The position numbers and the translations under genes were made by a program. This document shows, one piece after another, positions 46,371 through 47,868 of a DNA stretch of 47,868 bases. Where the stretch lies: IMG/VR virus record IMGVR_UViG_3300032314_000223, positions 1 to 47,868 of that record; one strand, 5' to 3'. Each line of letters opens with the position of its first letter. Positions within the stretch are counted from its first letter, which is position 1. Origin of the DNA: a virus. Its lineage: Duplodnaviria > Caudoviricetes. The notes under the pieces are model-generated. The model ran no database searches and was not told the origin of the DNA. It saw nothing but the letters and a program-made list of their open reading frames with translations.

Positions 46371-46695
46371 TTTCCTTTTGTTCATTATCAAGATCACTTG
46401 CGATCTTAATTGTTAGTATTTTTAAATGTTCAATCTTTGTAGCAATGTTAGAAACATATCTTTCTGCTTCATCATGTCCAGGTCTTAATTGTTTTAAAGG
46501 ATAACTCAAAGTAATTAGCAATATTCTTTCCATTTGCTTTTTACTAAGTCTACCTAAAAGCTTTTCAATATTTTTAAGCTCTCCTTCGGTCTCTTCAATT
46601 AAGGTTCCTAACTTTGCTTCTGTACTTAATGCATCAAAATCGATTTCTTCTCTAGAAGTCTTCGTTTCTTGCTGCTGGGGCTGTTGAGTTTCCAT
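46333..46695 (-). CDS. hypothetical helical protein
   Basis: SD AAGGAG. Confidence 0.65.
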   Translation of the reverse strand: METQQPQQQETKTSREEIDFDALSTEAKLGTLIEETEGELKNIEKLLGRLSKKQMERILLITLSYPLKQLRPGHDEAERYVSNIATKIEHLKILTIKIASDLDNEQKENANGKETLQQES

Positions 46696-47242
46696 CAGGT
46701 CTCCTTAGTTGTCTAGCTCTGTTTGAAAAATCTGTTGATTTCCCATTTGGTACAGCATTAGCAGATGCTGCCGCTTGTTTAGGTTCGAGATCACCAACAG
46801 CTTCAGTTTTTACTGAGGAAGCTGTAACTCTTGCAGGAGCCGATACTGCTTTTCCACTGGCAGCGTTCCCATCATCGTCTTCAGAACCAACATTTGCTAA
46901 TGATTGTAAACCGTATCTTCTTGCATAAGAAATTCCGCTTCCTTGTTGCTGAGCATCATTTTCTTTTTGAAGCAATATTTCAGTAAGAGATGCAATGTAC
47001 TCTCCAGACTCATGAAGAAGAGTAGTTTGAACATATTTCTTACCATCTAAGATAATAGTCGGCTGAAGTACTGAAATTCCATATTTATTAAATACTGGAA
47101 GAGTAGCCTCTCTAACAGCATTTAAGTCAGCATAACTGCTTTTAAAAAATGGATTTTTAGAATCTTTAATCGCATTTCCCATTTCAGACTGAGCTTTTAC
47201 TAAAGCTGGAGCAATTTTACTAATAGTTGAAGACATTAACAT
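46652..47242 (-). CDS. erf: ERF-family ssDNA annealing protein
   Basis: KNPFFKS.YADL, LLHESGE, Q..GS.ISYARRY.L......EDDDG. Confidence 0.92.
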   Translation of the reverse strand: MLMSSTISKIAPALVKAQSEMGNAIKDSKNPFFKSSYADLNAVREATLPVFNKYGISVLQPTIILDGKKYVQTTLLHESGEYIASLTEILLQKENDAQQQGSGISYARRYGLQSLANVGSEDDDGNAASGKAVSAPARVTASSVKTEAVGDLEPKQAAASANAVPNGKSTDFSNRARQLRRPDGNSTAPAARNEDF

Positions 47243-47250
47243 AATACCTC

Positions 47251-47517
47251 CTATAATAATTTAAGCTGTACTAATGCTAATTTAAAAGCATTGTATTGAG
47301 CATCAATAATATTTTTGCCATGGGCAAATACAGTTACTTTACTTATTGTCGTTGGATTACCAGATACATCGTTATCCTTAAGTAATTCAAGCTTTAATTG
47401 ACAACCTAAAGTAAGTTCATCAATCTTTTGAATAATTGGCGTAGAATCATAACGAACTGATTCTGGTAAAGAATTGATTAGATCTTTGAACTTTTGTTCA
47501 AGAGCAGTTAATTTCAT
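47251..47517 (-). CDS. hypothetical protein
   Basis: ATGA overlap; SD AAGGAG. Confidence 0.65.
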   Translation of the reverse strand: MKLTALEQKFKDLINSLPESVRYDSTPIIQKIDELTLGCQLKLELLKDNDVSGNPTTISKVTVFAHGKNIIDAQYNAFKLALVQLKLL

Positions 47518-47843
47518 TTGTTCTCCTTTAATAGTTTTGTATGAAATAATTTAGCAGCTTCAAATTCTGCCATATGTACTTTATCAAATAATAATTTTTC
47601 ACTAACAACTCCTTGTCCTGCTTCTGAATCATAATCCATCATGTGTACTTCAAATGCTCCTGGTCCTTTTACAATAAAGGAAAGAGCCTTAGCATTAAAG
47701 TTTAATGACTCAGTAGATGCAACACTGTTTTTAGTTTTTTTAATATATTCTTCATTTTCATGAAGAAGTCTTTTTAGCTCTTGAGTTAGCTTTCGAACTT
47801 GAGCAACTAGTTCTGGTTTCGATAGTGATTCTGGTGAAGCCAT
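47514..47843 (-). CDS. hypothetical coiled-coil protein
   Basis: SD AAGGAG. Confidence 0.65.
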   Translation of the reverse strand: MASPESLSKPELVAQVRKLTQELKRLLHENEEYIKKTKNSVASTESLNFNAKALSFIVKGPGAFEVHMMDYDSEAGQGVVSEKLLFDKVHMAEFEAAKLFHTKLLKENK

Positions 47844-47868
47844 TATTTATCTCCTTGTTTTACTGTTA

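Noticed and set aside
1-47868. Alternative genetic code (stop codon reassignment)
   Set aside because: Genes are long and densely packed under code 11, and TAA, TAG and TGA all end genes directly before SD-supported starts
1-47868. Host assignment
   Set aside because: SD usage and envelope-type proteins hint at a Gram-negative, SD-using host, but nothing in the sequence identifies a taxon

Overview
AT-rich (roughly 30% GC by eye) segment of a tailed dsDNA bacteriophage with podovirus-like architecture, in two convergent blocks meeting at 34516/34517. The + strand (1-34516) is the virion module: 5'-truncated scaffolding protein, major capsid protein, an unusually long (~19 kb) block of fibre/spike/decoration proteins built from shared modules, tail adaptor and 1287-aa nozzle, internal/ejection proteins with a GNAT, a T4-lysozyme-like muramidase and a holin-like protein. 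The - strand (34517-47843) is the early/middle module: ERF annealase, AEP primase-SF4 helicase fusion, a family B DNA polymerase split into two genes between motifs B and C, metallophosphoesterase, DUF3310, dUTPase, HNH nucleases, a signal-peptide-bearing ClpP-like protease and small membrane/exported proteins. Four free-standing homing endonuclease genes are present. A 10-mer, TAACAACTAT, occurs five times at + strand gene boundaries and is the best candidate for a phage-specific late promoter. No tRNA, rRNA, CRISPR, integrase, terminase, portal or RNA polymerase was recognised. All product calls come from motif recognition by eye, not database searches.
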